A stretch of DNA of 64,000 nt from the NCBI GenBank assembly GCA_030158725.1, contig JAOASJ010000036.1, positions 7,776 to 71,775 of the forward strand, given 5' to 3'. The translations under genes and the position numbers were made by a program. The stretch's first letter is position 1; each line of letters starts with the position of its first letter. The notes under the pieces were generated by a model. The model made no database searches. It worked only from the letters and a program-made list of their open reading frames with translations, and was not told the origin of the DNA. Positions 46,801 to 57,352 of this stretch are shown here, in pieces. Origin of the DNA: Bacteroidia bacterium (GTDB taxonomy: Bacteria > Bacteroidota > Bacteroidia > NS11-12g > UBA955).

Positions 46801-48141
46801 ACCCAATCTGTGCAATGTTGGAGCACGGTTTAGGAGTACAGGGTGACCTTTCAAAATATTTTCAAGAATTTCCCAAATAACTGGTTCTTTTTTATCTACA
46901 ATTTTCTTAGCTGATTTAACTGTTTTAACAACACCTCTTTCAATCAGTTTTCTAATGATAAATGGTTTGAATAATTCAGCAGCCATTGCTTTTGGTAATC
47001 CGCACTCACTTAATTTAAGTTTAGGACCAACAACAATTACAGAACGACCTGAATAGTCAACACGTTTACCTAATAAATTTAAACGGAAACGTCCTTGTTT
47101 ACCTTTAAGCATATCACTTAAAGATTTCAAAGGTCTGTTACCATCAGATTTAACAGCACTTGATCTTCTGGTGTTATCTAATAATGAGTCAACTGACTCT
47201 TGTAACATCCTTTTTTCGTTACGTAAGATTACCTCAGGAGCTTTAATTTCCATTAAACGCTTCAAACGGTTGTTTCTTATAATAACACGACGGTATAAAT
47301 CGTTCAAGTCAGATGTTGCAAAACGACCACCCTCTAGAGGAACTAAAGGACGTAATTCTGGTGGAATTACTGGAAGCATGCGCATAATCATCCACTCTGG
47401 ACGGTTAACATTACCTTCTCTGTTTGCAGAGCGGAAACTTTCTATAACTTTTAGACGCTTTAAAGCTTCTGCTTTACGTTGTTGAGATGTTTCAGTTGCA
47501 GCTTGGTTTCTCAAACTGTAGCTCAAACCATCTAAATCAATATTGGTTAATAGTTCCCATAAAGCTTCTGCACCCATTTTGGCTACAAACTTTTTAGGAT
47601 CTGAATCATCTAGGTATTGATTTTCTTTTGGAAGTTTATCTAAAATATCTAAATATTCTTCTTCAGATAACAAATCTAATCTATTGATTCCTTCGTATTC
47701 ACCACTTTGAATTACAATGTATCTTTCATAGTAAACAACTAAGTCTAATTTTTTACTTGATAGTCCCAATAAATAGCCAATTTTGTTTGGCAATGAACGG
47801 AAATACCAAATGTGAGCAACAGGCACAACTAAATTGATGTGTCCCATTCTTTCGCGTCTCACTTTTTTCTCAGTTACTTCAACACCACAACGGTCACAAA
47901 CGATTCCTTTGTAACGGATACGTTTGTATTTACCGCAATGACATTCGTAGTCTTTAATTGGTCCGAAAATTCTTTCACAGAATAATCCGCCCATTTCAGG
48001 TTTATAACTACGGTAGTTGATGGTTTCCGGTTTGATTACTTCACCAAAAGATTTTTGTAAAATACTTTCAGGAGAAGCAAGACCAATACGGATTTTGGTG
48101 AAATTGCTTTTTATCTTTTGATTCTTTTTAATCGTTGACAT
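43822..48141 (-). CDS. rpoC: DNA-directed RNA polymerase subunit beta'
   Basis: 1439 aa. Zinc motif [35 protein letters not shown] catalytic loop. Confidence 0.98.
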   Translation of the reverse strand: MSTIKKNQKIKSNFTKIRIGLASPESILQKSFGEVIKPETINYRSYKPEMGGLFCERIFGPIKDYECHCGKYKRIRYKGIVCDRCGVEVTEKKVRRERMGHINLVVPVAHIWYFRSLPNKIGYLLGLSSKKLDLVVYYERYIVIQSGEYEGINRLDLLSEEEYLDILDKLPKENQYLDDSDPKKFVAKMGAEALWELLTNIDLDGLSYSLRNQAATETSQQRKAEALKRLKVIESFRSANREGNVNRPEWMIMRMLPVIPPELRPLVPLEGGRFATSDLNDLYRRVIIRNNRLKRLMEIKAPEVILRNEKRMLQESVDSLLDNTRRSSAVKSDGNRPLKSLSDMLKGKQGRFRLNLLGKRVDYSGRSVIVVGPKLKLSECGLPKAMAAELFKPFIIRKLIERGVVKTVKSAKKIVDKKEPVIWEILENILKGHPVLLNRAPTLHRLGIQAFQPKLIEGKAIQLHPLTCTGFNADFDGDQMAVHVPLGNAAILEAQLLMLAPHNILNPANGSPITVPSQDMVLGLYYITKGRKNTPQKLVKGEGITFYSPEEVIIALNEGKADLHAHIKCKLLDKDGNGGFSYQIIETTVGRVLFNQVVPEGVGYINQLLTKKSLRDIISNFVKVVGVARTSKFLDDIKDLGFHYAFKGGLSFNLNYVQIPDAKEKLIDKARAEVEEIKFNYENGFITNNERYNQVIDIWTRINSQVGEILLKELAENDQGFNPIYMMLDSGARGSKEQIRQLGGMRGLMAKPQKNIGGGVGEIIENPILSNFKEGLSVLEYFISTHGARKGLADTALKTADAGYLTRRLHDVAQDVIITEFDCDTLRGLSLSALKDNDDVVESLYERILGRTGLYDTYHPETGALIVNAGAEITEEVAKEIEDAGIEEMEIRSVLTCETKSGVCSKCYGRNLTNGRMVQIGEAVGVIAAQSIGEPGTQLTLRTFHVGGTASSIAAESQIVSRFDGIVSFDELKTVTTEKVDDASGDAQKVELNLSRSAELRILDPKNKNILITFVVPYGSFVYLKEGDKVKKGDLICAWDPYNAVILSDLAGKIQYENIIDGITFREENDEVTGYGEKVIIETKDKTKSPSIKIIGKDKTVLKEINLPVGAHISVNDGKAISAGDIIAKIPRSARGTRDITGGLPRVTELFEARNPSNPATVSEIDGVVTYGGIKRGNREITVTSKDGELKHYMIPLSKHIFVQDNDYIKAGAPLSDGAITPQDILRIQGPTAVQRYILNGIQEVYRLQGVKINDKHIEIIVRQMMQKMIIEQPGDTQFLENEIVEKRELFEENDWIFDRKVVLDAGDSDKLKVGQIVSLRELREENSSLKRQDKTQVLVRDAVTATADAVLQGITRASLATRSFMSAASFQETTKVLNEAAIAGKVDFMRGLKENVIVGHLIPAGTGMRAYDNIVVGSKEEFERLMASKEEGEVASSN

Positions 48142-48179
48142 TAATGTACTGCTTTTTTTTTGTGAATGTAAATTTTAGC

Positions 48180-51100
48180 CTATTCTTCAAAGGTCATTTC
48201 TATACCTAAACCTCTTAATTCATGAATCAATACATTGAATGATTCTGGAATACCGATTTGGGTAATGTTATCACCTTTAACAATTGCTTCATAAGTTTTC
48301 GCACGACCCATGATATCGTCTGACTTAATGGTTAAGATCTCTCTTAAGATATTTGCTGCACCGAATGCTTCAAGTGCCCAAACCTCCATCTCACCAAAAC
48401 GTTGACCACCAAATTGTGCTTTACCACCTAGAGGCTGTTGGGTAATCATTGAGTATGGTCCGATTGAACGGGCGTGCATCTTATCATCAACCATGTGACC
48501 TAATTTAAGCATATAAATTATACCTACAGTAGTTGGTTGGTGGAAACGCTCACCTGTTAATCCATCATACAAGAATACTTGACCATTGATTGGAATATTG
48601 GCTTGTTTAGTGTACTCATCAATTTGAGCTGGAGTTGCACCATCAAAAATTGGCGTAGCGAATTTCAAACCTAGCTCTTTTCCAGCCCATCCCAATACGG
48701 TTTCATAAATCTGACCCAAGTTCATCCTTGAAGGTACACCAAGTGGATTCAATACGATATCTACTGGAGTTCCATCTTCTAGGAAAGGCATGTCTTCAGC
48801 GCGAACAATACGGGCAACAATACCTTTGTTACCGTGTCTTCCCGCCATTTTATCACCTACTTTCAATTTACGTTTTACAGCAACATAAACTTTAGCCATT
48901 TTCAAAATACCAGTTGGTAATTCATCACCAACAGTTATTGCATAATATTCACGTCTAAATGCTGCATATATTTCAGTTAATTGAGACTTAAAGTTTTTAA
49001 GTATGGTATTAACTTGAACATTTTTATCAGCATCAGAAGTCCAATTTCCAAAGTTTACATTATCGTAATCAACAGATGAAAGGTTCTTAAGTGTGAATTT
49101 GGTTCCTTTAGGAATCATATCATCACCATATACTGCTTTAACACCTGCAGAGGTTTTACCATTCAGAACTTTGAATAATTTTTGAACTAATATTTCAATT
49201 AATTTTTCTTTGTTCTTTCTGTATTCAACTTCGTTTTTAGCTAATTTAGCTTTTTCCTCAGTTTTAGCCCCTTTTTCTTTTTTGGTTTTGGTGAATAATT
49301 TTTTATCAATTACGATACCTTCAGTTGATGGCGGCGCTTTCAATGAAGCATCTTTCACATCACCTGCTTTATCTCCAAAAATCGCTCTTAACAATTTTTC
49401 TTCTGGAGAAGGTTCAGTTTCACCTTTAGGTGTAATTTTACCAATAATGATATCACCTTCTTTTAATTCAGCACCAATTCTGATTAGACCATTTTCATCT
49501 AAGTTTCTTGTTGCTTCTTCACTTACGTTAGGGATATCATTGGTTAATTCTTCCTCACCACGTTTTGTATCACGAACTTCTAATTCGAATTCATCTACGT
49601 GAATTGAAGTATACCAGTCGTCGCTTACAACCTTTTCTGAGATTACAATCGCATCCTCAAAGTTGTAACCTTGCCATGGCATGAAAGCTACTTTTAAGTT
49701 TCTTCCGATTGCCAATTCACCGTCTTGTGTTGCATAACCTTCACAAAGAACTTCACCTTTACTAACTCTTTGACCTTTGCTAACAATAGGTCTAAGGTTA
49801 ATACAAGTACTTTGGTTGGTTCTTAAGAATTTAGTTAAAGCATACGTTTTTACATTGCTAGCAAAGTTTAACAACTCGTCATCGGCAGTAAAGTCGTAAC
49901 GAATTTTAATTTCATTTGCATCAACATAATCAACTACACCATCACCTTCAGCCATTACTAAAGCTCTAGAATCTCTTGCAACTCTTTCTTCTAAACCAGT
50001 ACCAACAATTGGAGATTCAGGTCTAAGAAGTGGAACTGCTTGACGTTGCATGTTAGATCCCATCAAGGCTCTGTTCGCGTCATCATGCTCTAGGAACGGA
50101 ATTAAAGATGCTGCAATTGAAACGATTTGGTTTGGAGCAACGTCCATGAAATTTAATTTCTCTGCTTCTACAAGAGGGAAATCACCTTCAAAACGCGCTT
50201 TGATTTCTTTTTCATTGAATTCACCTTTTTCGTTAATATCTACATTACATTGAGCGATGATTTTTCCATCTTCCTCTTCAGCACTTAGATATACTACAGG
50301 TTTTGCAAAATTCACACGGCCATTTTCAACTGGTCTATATGGAGTTTCAATGAATCCCATACTGTTAATTTTAGCATGCACACACAGAGAAGAGATCAAA
50401 CCAATGTTTGGACCCTCTGGAGTTTCAATCGTACAAAGACGACCATAGTGCGTATAGTGTACGTCACGCACCTCGAAACCAGCTCTTTCACGAGAAAGAC
50501 CACCTGGTCCAAGTGCAGACATTCTTCTTTTGTGGGTTATTTCAGCCAATGGATTTGTTTGGTCCATGAACTGAGATAATTGGTTGGTTCCGAAGAATGA
50601 ATTAATAACAGAAGATAATGAACGCGCGTTGATCAAATCAGTTGGCGTAAATACTTCATTGTCACGAATGTTCATTTTTTCGCGAATGGTTCTAGCCATA
50701 CGGGCTAAACCAACACCAAATTGAGCGTACAATTGCTCACCAACTGTTCTAACACGTCTGTTACTTAAGTGGTCAATATCATCCACTTCAGAACGGCTAT
50801 TACTTAGTTCAATTAGGTAAGTGATGATTTTAATAATGTCTTCATTAGTTAAAACTTTCACTTCCATTCCAGTGCTAAGGTTTAGTTTTTTGTTGATTCT
50901 ATAACGACCAACTTCACCTAAATCATAACGTTTATCGGAGAAGAACAATCTTTCAATGATACCACGAGCTGTTTCTTCATCTGGTGGATCAGTGTTCCTC
51001 AATTGACGGTAAATATGCTCAACAGCCTCTTTACCATTGTTAGAAGTATCTTTTTGTAAGGTGTTATAAATGATTGTGAAATCATTTTTACCTTCTTCTT

Positions 51101-51995
51101 CTTTATTTAAGATAATGGTTTTAACACCAGCTTCAACGATTTCATCAATGTGAGAAGCTTCAAGGATGGTATCACGTTCGATAATTACTTCGTTACGTTC
51201 AATTGATACAACCTCACCGGTATCTTCATCGACAAAGTCTTCAACCCAGGTGCGTAATACCCTTGCAGATAGTTTTCTACCTACATATTTTTTAAGACCG
51301 GTTTTAGAAACCTTTACTTCTTCAGCTAGACCAAAAATGTTTAAGATGTCTTTATCAGACTCAAAACCGATTGCTCTTAATAAAGTAGTAACAGGGAATT
51401 TCTTTTTACGGTCGATATATGCATACATAACGTTGTTAACGTCTGTAGCGAATTCAATCCATGAACCTTTGAAAGGAATTACACGGGCTGAATACAATTT
51501 AGTTCCATTGGTGTGGTACGATTGACCAAAGAATACACCAGGTGAACGGTGTAATTGAGATACAATAACTCTTTCAGCACCATTGATAACAAAGGTACCG
51601 CTTGGAGTCATGTAAGGAATAGTACCTAAGTAAACGTCTTGAACGATGGTTTCAAAATCTTCGTGTTCTGGATCGTTACAAGAAAGTTTTAGTTTGGCTT
51701 TAAGAGGCACAGAATAAGTGAGGCCTCTTTCGATACATTCAGTAATGTCGTATCGAGGTGGGTCAACAAAATAGTCTAAAAATTCGAGGTTGAAAATGTT
51801 TCTGGTGTCGTTTATTGGGAAATTTTCCTGAAAAACCTTGAAGAGACCTTCATCAGTTCTTTTATCAACGTGGGTTTCCAGTTGAAAGAACTCTTTAAAA
51901 GATTGCAATTGCACGTCAAGGAAATCCGGATAATCAATAACTTTATCGATAGATGCGAAATTGATTCTTTTTGGTTGTTTTACTTTTGTTGCCAA
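48180..51995 (-). CDS. rpoB: DNA-directed RNA polymerase subunit beta
   Basis: 1271 aa. [31 protein letters not shown]. Confidence 0.98.
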   Translation of the reverse strand: MATKVKQPKRINFASIDKVIDYPDFLDVQLQSFKEFFQLETHVDKRTDEGLFKVFQENFPINDTRNIFNLEFLDYFVDPPRYDITECIERGLTYSVPLKAKLKLSCNDPEHEDFETIVQDVYLGTIPYMTPSGTFVINGAERVIVSQLHRSPGVFFGQSYHTNGTKLYSARVIPFKGSWIEFATDVNNVMYAYIDRKKKFPVTTLLRAIGFESDKDILNIFGLAEEVKVSKTGLKKYVGRKLSARVLRTWVEDFVDEDTGEVVSIERNEVIIERDTILEASHIDEIVEAGVKTIILNKEEEGKNDFTIIYNTLQKDTSNNGKEAVEHIYRQLRNTDPPDEETARGIIERLFFSDKRYDLGEVGRYRINKKLNLSTGMEVKVLTNEDIIKIITYLIELSNSRSEVDDIDHLSNRRVRTVGEQLYAQFGVGLARMARTIREKMNIRDNEVFTPTDLINARSLSSVINSFFGTNQLSQFMDQTNPLAEITHKRRMSALGPGGLSRERAGFEVRDVHYTHYGRLCTIETPEGPNIGLISSLCVHAKINSMGFIETPYRPVENGRVNFAKPVVYLSAEEEDGKIIAQCNVDINEKGEFNEKEIKARFEGDFPLVEAEKLNFMDVAPNQIVSIAASLIPFLEHDDANRALMGSNMQRQAVPLLRPESPIVGTGLEERVARDSRALVMAEGDGVVDYVDANEIKIRYDFTADDELLNFASNVKTYALTKFLRTNQSTCINLRPIVSKGQRVSKGEVLCEGYATQDGELAIGRNLKVAFMPWQGYNFEDAIVISEKVVSDDWYTSIHVDEFELEVRDTKRGEEELTNDIPNVSEEATRNLDENGLIRIGAELKEGDIIIGKITPKGETEPSPEEKLLRAIFGDKAGDVKDASLKAPPSTEGIVIDKKLFTKTKKEKGAKTEEKAKLAKNEVEYRKNKEKLIEILVQKLFKVLNGKTSAGVKAVYGDDMIPKGTKFTLKNLSSVDYDNVNFGNWTSDADKNVQVNTILKNFKSQLTEIYAAFRREYYAITVGDELPTGILKMAKVYVAVKRKLKVGDKMAGRHGNKGIVARIVRAEDMPFLEDGTPVDIVLNPLGVPSRMNLGQIYETVLGWAGKELGLKFATPIFDGATPAQIDEYTKQANIPINGQVFLYDGLTGERFHQPTTVGIIYMLKLGHMVDDKMHARSIGPYSMITQQPLGGKAQFGGQRFGEMEVWALEAFGAANILREILTIKSDDIMGRAKTYEAIVKGDNITQIGIPESFNVLIHELRGLGIEMTFEE

Positions 51996-52035
51996 TTTTG
52001 TAAAATATTAAATTTTGTGTTGATTAAACCGATTT

Positions 52036-52088
52036 TTATAAAAAAACAAAAACACCAATAGACCCATCGGTTACAGTGGGTCTATTGG
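52036..52088 (-). terminator. rplL-rpoB intergenic attenuator/terminator hairpin
   Basis: 12-bp stem CCAATAGACCCA / TGGGTCTATTGG (52055-52066 with 52077-52088), followed in the minus sense by GTGTTTTTGTTTTTTT. Confidence 0.7.
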
Positions 52089-52112
52089 AGTTAAATAGAG
52101 CTAAATATTGAA

Positions 52113-52490
52113 TTACTTGATCTCAACTTCAGCACCAGTTTCTGTAAGTTTAGCTTTCAATGCTTCAGCTTCGTCTTTAGCAATGTTTTCTTTTACAGGT
52201 TTTGGAGCTCCGTCTACCAAGTCTTTTGCTTCTTTCAAGCCAAGTCCGGTTAAGTCTTTAACAACTTTAACTACGTTTAATTTGTTAGGACCAGCGTTTT
52301 TAAGGATTACGGTGAATTCTGTTTGAGCAGCAGCAGCTTCGCCAGCACCAGCAGCAGCTGGAGCAGCTACAGCAACAGCAGCAGCAGCAGGTTCAATACC
52401 ATATTCATCTTTCAAAATTTGGGCTAATTCGTTTACCTCTTTAACGGTAAGATTAACCAATTGTTCAGCAAATGCTTTTAAGTCAGCCAT
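52113..52490 (-). CDS. rplL: 50S ribosomal protein L7/L12
   Basis: 125 aa with an Ala-rich hinge and [16 protein letters not shown]. Confidence 0.97.
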   Translation of the reverse strand: MADLKAFAEQLVNLTVKEVNELAQILKDEYGIEPAAAAVAVAAPAAAGAGEAAAAQTEFTVILKNAGPNKLNVVKVVKDLTGLGLKEAKDLVDGAPKPVKENIAKDEAEALKAKLTETGAEVEIK

Positions 52491-52520
52491 TTTTCTTAAT
52501 TGTTTTTTTTTAAATTGTTT

Positions 52521-53039
52521 TTAATTTCTTTCTGATAATGTTTTAACGATACCGGCAATTTTGCCACCACCGCTCTGCAACGCTGAAATAACGTTTTTAG
52601 CAGGAGATTGTAATAATCCCATAATTTCTCCGATTAAGTCCTCTTTAGATTTCAAGTTACTCAAGGCTATTAATTGGTCATCGCCAATAAATACAGCGCT
52701 GTCAACATATGCACCTTTTAGAGCTGGCTTAGTGCCTTTCTTTCTGAATTTCAGAATGGCTTGGGCTGGAGCTTTAAAATTAGCACTGAATAACAGAGCA
52801 GATGTTCCTTTAAGTGCACCTTCTAATTCACCGAATTCTTTACCGGAATTTCTCATAGCCTTTAATATCAATGTATTTTTGGCTACCAGCATTTCAATGT
52901 CGTTTTTGAATAATTCACGTCTGAAATTATTTGTATCTATAGCACTGATACTAGATGTATCGGCGATATACAAACAATTAGCATTTTTGAATTTTTCAGT
53001 TAATTCGGCAATTGCTGCGTTTTTTTCTTCTCTGTTCAT
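52521..53039 (-). CDS. rplJ: 50S ribosomal protein L10
   Basis: 172 aa, positioned between rplA and rplL, with a typical L10 N-terminus. Confidence 0.93.
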   Translation of the reverse strand: MNREEKNAAIAELTEKFKNANCLYIADTSSISAIDTNNFRRELFKNDIEMLVAKNTLILKAMRNSGKEFGELEGALKGTSALLFSANFKAPAQAILKFRKKGTKPALKGAYVDSAVFIGDDQLIALSNLKSKEDLIGEIMGLLQSPAKNVISALQSGGGKIAGIVKTLSERN

Positions 53040-53048
53040 TTAAGTGAT

Positions 53049-53744
53049 TTAAATTCCTGGAATTGATTTGATGTCGATGCAGATACCTGGACTCATGGTA
53101 GAACTTAAGTAAACGCTTCTGAAATACGTCCCTTTGGAAGAAGAGGGTTTCAATTTACTTAAAGTTTGCATGATTTCCACAGCATTTTCTGCGATTTGAT
53201 TAGGTTGGAAGCTAACTTTACCGATTGATGTGTGAATGATACCGGTTTTATCAACTTTAAAGTCAATTTTACCAGCTTTCACTTCAGTTACGGCTTTTGC
53301 CACATCAGGAGTAACAGTTCCTGATTTTGGATTTGGCATTAAGTTACGTGGGCCTAATATTTTTCCTAACTTACCAAGCTTCGCCATTACAGCTGGCATG
53401 GTAATGATAATGTCGATGTCTAACCAACCATTTGCAATCTTATCGATATAATCGTCAAGACCAACGTAGTCGGCTCCAGCAGCTTTTGCTTCTGCTTCTT
53501 TATCAGGAGAACACAATACCAATACACGAACAGTTTTACCTGTACCATGTGGTAATGTTGCTACACCTCTAACCATTTGGCTAGCTTGTTTAGGATCTAC
53601 ACCTAATTTAACATCGATATCAACCGATGAATCAAATTTGGTGAAGGAAATATCCTTCATAAGTTTTGTAGCTTCTTCTAATGTATAAACTTTAGAACTA
53701 TCAATTTTTTCTAAAACTTTCTTTCTGTTTTTTGTAAGTGCCAT
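53049..53744 (-). CDS. rplA: 50S ribosomal protein L1
   Basis: 231 aa. [35 protein letters not shown]. Confidence 0.97.
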   Translation of the reverse strand: MALTKNRKKVLEKIDSSKVYTLEEATKLMKDISFTKFDSSVDIDVKLGVDPKQASQMVRGVATLPHGTGKTVRVLVLCSPDKEAEAKAAGADYVGLDDYIDKIANGWLDIDIIITMPAVMAKLGKLGKILGPRNLMPNPKSGTVTPDVAKAVTEVKAGKIDFKVDKTGIIHTSIGKVSFQPNQIAENAVEIMQTLSKLKPSSSKGTYFRSVYLSSTMSPGICIDIKSIPGI

Positions 53745-53754
53745 TGTCTAATAA

Positions 53755-54192
53755 TTAAAAAGGTTTATCTCCAGCGATTGTTACACCCATACTTCTTGCA
53801 GTTCCAGCAACCATATTCATAGCTGATTCAATTTTGAAACAGTTTAAATCTGGCATTTTGTCTTCAGCAATTTGCTTTACTTGATCCCAAGTTAATTCAG
53901 CAACTTTCTTTCTGTTAGGTTCAGCAGAACCTTTAGCAGCTTTAGTAGCCTCAATAATTTGAGTAGCAACTGGAGGGGTTTTGATAATGAATTCGAACGA
54001 TTTATCGGAGAACACTGTCAGAACTACTGGTAATACTTTACCCATTCTGTCCTGTGTACGCGCGTTAAATTGTTTACAAAATTCCATGATGTTTACACCT
54101 TTTGAGCCCAGAGCAGGTCCAATGGGAGGTGCGGGATTTGCTTGTCCGCCTTTTACTTGTAATTTTACGTATCCTGTTATTTCTTTTGCCAT
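53755..54192 (-). CDS. rplK: 50S ribosomal protein L11
   Basis: 145 aa. [34 protein letters not shown]. Confidence 0.97.
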   Translation of the reverse strand: MAKEITGYVKLQVKGGQANPAPPIGPALGSKGVNIMEFCKQFNARTQDRMGKVLPVVLTVFSDKSFEFIIKTPPVATQIIEATKAAKGSAEPNRKKVAELTWDQVKQIAEDKMPDLNCFKIESAMNMVAGTARSMGVTIAGDKPF

Positions 54193-54210
54193 GATATAGC
54201 TATTTATATG

Positions 54211-54759
54211 TTATTCTTTTTCTACTTGGTTATAATTCAATTCCAAAGGTGTTCTTCTTCCGAAAATCTTAACCATTACTTTCAATTTTTTCTTCTCTTC
54301 GTTAACCTCTTCTATCACGCCACTGAATCCTGAGAAAGGACCATCAGTAACTTTTATTGGTTCACCAACGATGAATGGTTCTGTAGTTTCAACATCTACT
54401 CCTCCATTTTCATCAGCATTACCTAAAATTCTATTTACCTCAGCTTGTCTTAGTGGAACTGGATTATCTTTAGAACCTAAAAATCCAACAACACCATTGA
54501 TACCTTTAATTGTAGCAGCAACTTCACCATGGAATTTTGCTTGAATTAATATATAACCTGGGAAATAGTTTCTTTCTTTAGCTATTTTTTTACCATTTTT
54601 AATTTGGTAAACCTTTTCCATAGGGATAAGGATTTGCGGAACATAATCAGTTAGTTTAGCTTTAATAAGCTCACTTTCTAAGTTAGCTTTAACTTTTTTT
54701 TCCTGACCGGAAACCGCTCTAACTACATACCACTGTAAGTCGATTGCTTCCATTGCCAT
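54211..54759 (-). CDS. nusG: Transcription termination/antitermination factor NusG
   Basis: 182 aa. WYVVRAVSGQEKKV (NGN domain) and a KOW motif VGEPIKVTDGPFSGFSGVIEEV. TAATG overlap with the secE stop. Confidence 0.95.
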   Translation of the reverse strand: MAMEAIDLQWYVVRAVSGQEKKVKANLESELIKAKLTDYVPQILIPMEKVYQIKNGKKIAKERNYFPGYILIQAKFHGEVAATIKGINGVVGFLGSKDNPVPLRQAEVNRILGNADENGGVDVETTEPFIVGEPIKVTDGPFSGFSGVIEEVNEEKKKLKVMVKIFGRRTPLELNYNQVEKE

Positions 54760-54953
54760 TATTTAAACAAACTATAAAAAAAGTCAAGACCATTTCCAAG
54801 CGCATAGTCTAACACCCATACCAACAAAGCGAAGATAAGGGAAGCCACTAACACGATAATCGCACTTTCGCGTAATTCATCCCATGTAGGCCAAGTTACT
54901 TTGTTAAGTAACTCATCTACTGAATGATTCCACATGTTTCTTAATTTTTCCAT
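54759..54953 (-). CDS. secE: Preprotein translocase subunit SecE
   Basis: Start moved to the ATG at 54953 (MEKLRNMWNHSVDELLNKVTWPTWDEL...). The 15-aa extension in the track runs into tRNA-Trp. Confidence 0.88.
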   Translation of the reverse strand: MEKLRNMWNHSVDELLNKVTWPTWDELRESAIIVLVASLIFALLVWVLDYALGNGLDFFYSLFK

Positions 54954-54968
54954 TTCTATGTTTTTTAG

Positions 54969-55039
54969 CACGAGAGGAGAGATTCGAACTCCCATCAAAG
55001 GTTTTGGAGACCTCTATTCTACCCTTGAACTACTCTCGT
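54969..55039 (-). tRNA. tRNA-Trp (CCA anticodon)
   Basis: Minus-sense ACGAGAG-TA-GTTC..GAAT..-CTCCAAA anticodon loop-..GGGAGTTCGAATCTCTC-CTCTCGT-G. Acceptor stem ACGAGAG/CTCTCGT pairs perfectly. No 3' CCA is encoded. Confidence 0.9.
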
Positions 55040-55047
55040 AAAAATAT

Positions 55048-55079
55048 TAGTCACCCTGATTCAGGACCAGGGTGACTAA
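55048..55079 (-). terminator. Hairpin after tuf (terminator or processing/attenuation site upstream of tRNA-Trp)
   Basis: 12-bp stem TTAGTCACCCTG / CAGGGTGACTAA with a 9-nt loop, followed in the minus sense by TATTTTT. No separate promoter is seen for tRNA-Trp-secE-nusG, so termination is probably partial. Confidence 0.55.
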
Positions 55080-55100
55080 CATCCTTATTGTTTTAAAATA

Positions 55101-56288
55101 TTAATCTAAAATTTCAGTTACTTGACCAGCACCGATGGTTCTACCACCTTCACGAATAGCAAAACGTAATGTTTTTTCCATTGCGATTGGAGCGATCAAT
55201 TGAACAGTAACAGTGATATTATCACCAGGCATACACATTTCTACACCTTCTGGTAAAGTTACCTCACCAGTGATGTCCGTGGTACGGAAGTAGAATTGTG
55301 GACGGTATTTGTTAAAGAATGGAGTATGACGACCACCTTCTTCTTTACTCAATACGTAAACTTCAGCTTTGAATTTAGCGTGAGGAGTAACAGAACCTGG
55401 CTTACAAATAACCATACCTCTTTTGATTTGGGTTTTGTCGATACCACGCAATAATAAACCTGCGTTGTCACCTGCTTCACCTCTATCTAATAATTTACGG
55501 AACATTTCAACACCAGTTACAGTTGATGAAATTTTCTCATCACCTAAACCAATGATATCAACTGCATCACCTACGTTAGTAACACCTCTTTCGATACGAC
55601 CTGTAGCAACAGTACCACGACCTGTGATCGAGAATACGTCTTCTACTGGCATCAAGAATGGAAGGTCAACCAAACGTGGAGGAATTGGAATCCAATTGTC
55701 TACAGCGTTCATTAATTCCATGATTTTTTCAACCCATGTAGGTTCGCCGTTTAATCCACCTAAAGCAGAACCACGGATGATTGGAGTATTGTCACCATCA
55801 AAGTTGTAGAAGCTTAATAATTCACGAACTTCCATTTCAACTAAGTCTAATAATTCTGGATCGTCAACCATGTCACATTTGTTCATGAAAACAACTAGAC
55901 GAGGTACACCAACCTGACGAGCTAATAGAATGTGCTCACGAGTTTGTGGCATTGGTCCATCAGTTGCAGCAACTACTAGAATTGCTCCGTCCATTTGTGC
56001 AGCACCAGTTACCATGTTTTTAACATAGTCAGCGTGACCTGGACAGTCAACGTGTGCATAGTGTCTTGTATCTGTATTGTATTCTACGTGAGCAGTATTA
56101 ATTGTAATACCTCTTTCTTTTTCTTCTGGAGCTGAGTCGATAGATTCAAAAGATGATTTTTCGGCTAGGCCTTTAGAAGCTAATACTGTAGTGATAGCCG
56201 CAGTTAATGTTGTTTTACCGTGGTCAACGTGACCAATAGTGCCAATGTTAACGTGGGCTTTAGAGCGGTCAAATGTTTCTTTTGCCAT
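55101..56288 (-). CDS. tuf: Elongation factor Tu
   Basis: 395 aa. [22 protein letters not shown]. Confidence 0.98.
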   Translation of the reverse strand: MAKETFDRSKAHVNIGTIGHVDHGKTTLTAAITTVLASKGLAEKSSFESIDSAPEEKERGITINTAHVEYNTDTRHYAHVDCPGHADYVKNMVTGAAQMDGAILVVAATDGPMPQTREHILLARQVGVPRLVVFMNKCDMVDDPELLDLVEMEVRELLSFYNFDGDNTPIIRGSALGGLNGEPTWVEKIMELMNAVDNWIPIPPRLVDLPFLMPVEDVFSITGRGTVATGRIERGVTNVGDAVDIIGLGDEKISSTVTGVEMFRKLLDRGEAGDNAGLLLRGIDKTQIKRGMVICKPGSVTPHAKFKAEVYVLSKEEGGRHTPFFNKYRPQFYFRTTDITGEVTLPEGVEMCMPGDNITVTVQLIAPIAMEKTLRFAIREGGRTIGAGQVTEILD

Positions 56289-56344
56289 GATTAATTTGAT
56301 TTGTTTATTGTTATTATTTAAATTTCTTTATTTCTAGTCTTTTG

Positions 56345-56416
56345 AGCCATTGAAGGGATTTGAACCCTTGGCCTCTTCCTTACCAAGGAAGTGCTCTACC
56401 CCTGAGCTACAACGGC
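56345..56416 (-). tRNA. tRNA-Thr (GGT anticodon)
   Basis: Minus-sense GCCGTTG-TA-GCTCAGGGGTAGAGC-A-CTTCC-TTGGTAA-GGAAG-AGGCC-AAGGGTTCAAATCCCTT-CAATGGC-T. Confidence 0.9.
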
Positions 56417-56526
56417 TGGTAACTTTTGACCACTTCACAAAACTGTCATCATAACAATTTCATTGGCAATCGGTTTTTTTTAAGAGAGAGCAAGTTTTCA
56501 TGTTTAAGTGATAACCCTCGATAAAG

Positions 56527-56599
56527 AGCGGGAGACGAGGCTCGAACCCGCGACCTACAGCTTGGAAGGCTGTCGCTCTACCAACTGAGCTACTCCCGC
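56527..56599 (-). tRNA. tRNA-Gly (TCC anticodon)
   Basis: Minus-sense GCGGGAG-TA-GCTCAGTTGGTAGAGC-G-ACAGC-CTTCCAA-GCTGT-AGGTC-GCGGGTTCGAGCCTCGT-CTCCCGC-T. Confidence 0.9.
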
Positions 56600-56655
56600 A
56601 TATCGAAAACAGTTTCTTCTTCTTCTATCTACACTGTTTTCTTTCTCTTAATTTG

Positions 56656-56736
56656 TGGGAAGTGGTGGATTCGAACCACCGAAGCCGAAGCAACAGATTT
56701 ACAGTCTGTCCCATTTAGCCACTCTGGAAACTTCCC
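56656..56736 (-). tRNA. tRNA-Tyr (GTA anticodon), class II with a long variable arm
   Basis: Minus-sense GGGAAGT..CCAGAGTGGCTAAATGG..ACAGA-CTGTAAA-TCTGT-variable arm-GGTGGTTCGAATCCACC-ACTTCCC-A. Confidence 0.9.
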
Positions 56737-56750
56737 AAATTCATTCAATG

Positions 56751-56823
56751 AGCCACTTGTCGGGATCGAACCAACGACCTACTGATTACAAATCAGTTGC
56801 TCTACCAGCTGAGCTAAAGTGGC
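56751..56823 (-). tRNA. tRNA-Thr (TGT anticodon)
   Basis: Minus-sense GCCACTT-TA-GCTCAGCTGGTAGAGC-A-ACTGA-TTTGTAA-TCAGT-AGGTC-GTTGGTTCGATCCCGAC-AAGTGGC-T. Confidence 0.9.
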
Positions 56824-56935
56824 TTGTTAAAGAACTATCTTTTTTACTTTTGTCTATTAGATTTCTGTAAAAAGGACTGCAAAAAAAGGTAATATTATTG
56901 ATATTTCAAAGTGTTTCTTGAAAAATATTTAAAAA

Positions 56936-56965
56936 CATTAGCCCCGATTTTCACCGAGGCTAATG
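56936..56965 (-). terminator. Rho-independent terminator after hpf
   Basis: Minus-sense CATTAGCCTCG-gtgaaaat-CGGGGCTAATG (one G-U pair) followed by TTTTTAAATATTTTT. Confidence 0.7.
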
Positions 56966-57029
56966 TGGATTGTCTTGATTAATGGAATAATTGGATTTTT
57001 ATTCCTTGCTAAAATTGTCGCAAACCCTC

Positions 57030-57335
57030 TCAGGCATTGGCTCCGTACAATTTTTGCTTGTATTTTATTAATTGTGTTTTTAAAGCATCTTCTGCTTTAT
57101 CTAAAGCACATTCAAAAGTTTTATCGTGTTCTTCTACGAATAATGTGCTGTTTAATACGTTTAATTTAATCTCCAATACCTTATTTATTTTGTCTTCGGA
57201 CTTCTGAACCTTCAAATAAACGGAAGCATCTATGATTTTATCATAATAATGTTCCAATTTGGTTAGTTTTTGAGTGATAAGATCTAATAATTTTTGATCT
57301 GCGCGAAAATTGGTGTTTTGAAATAGGATTTCCAT
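57030..57335 (-). CDS. hpf: Ribosome hibernation promoting factor / RaiA family (short form)
   Basis: 101 aa. MEILFQNTNFRADQKLLDLITQKLTKLEHYYDKIIDASVYLKV. Confidence 0.85.
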   Translation of the reverse strand: MEILFQNTNFRADQKLLDLITQKLTKLEHYYDKIIDASVYLKVQKSEDKINKVLEIKLNVLNSTLFVEEHDKTFECALDKAEDALKTQLIKYKQKLYGANA

Positions 57336-57352
57336 GTTCTTTAACTTGTTTT

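Noticed and set aside
55048-55079. The hairpin after tuf, read as a full terminator that isolates tRNA-Trp-secE-nusG-rplKAJL-rpoBC.
   Set aside because: No promoter motif is found in the 8 nt between the hairpin and tRNA-Trp, or nearby. The downstream essential genes probably rely on read-through, so I list it only as a partial terminator or processing site with moderate confidence.
56655-56870. A 71-aa plus-strand ORF across the tRNA cluster, and the 15-aa N-terminal extension of secE (54954-54998).
   Set aside because: Both overlap tRNA genes with perfect cloverleaf elements on the opposite strand (Tyr and Thr) or on the same strand (Trp). The ORFs are artefacts.
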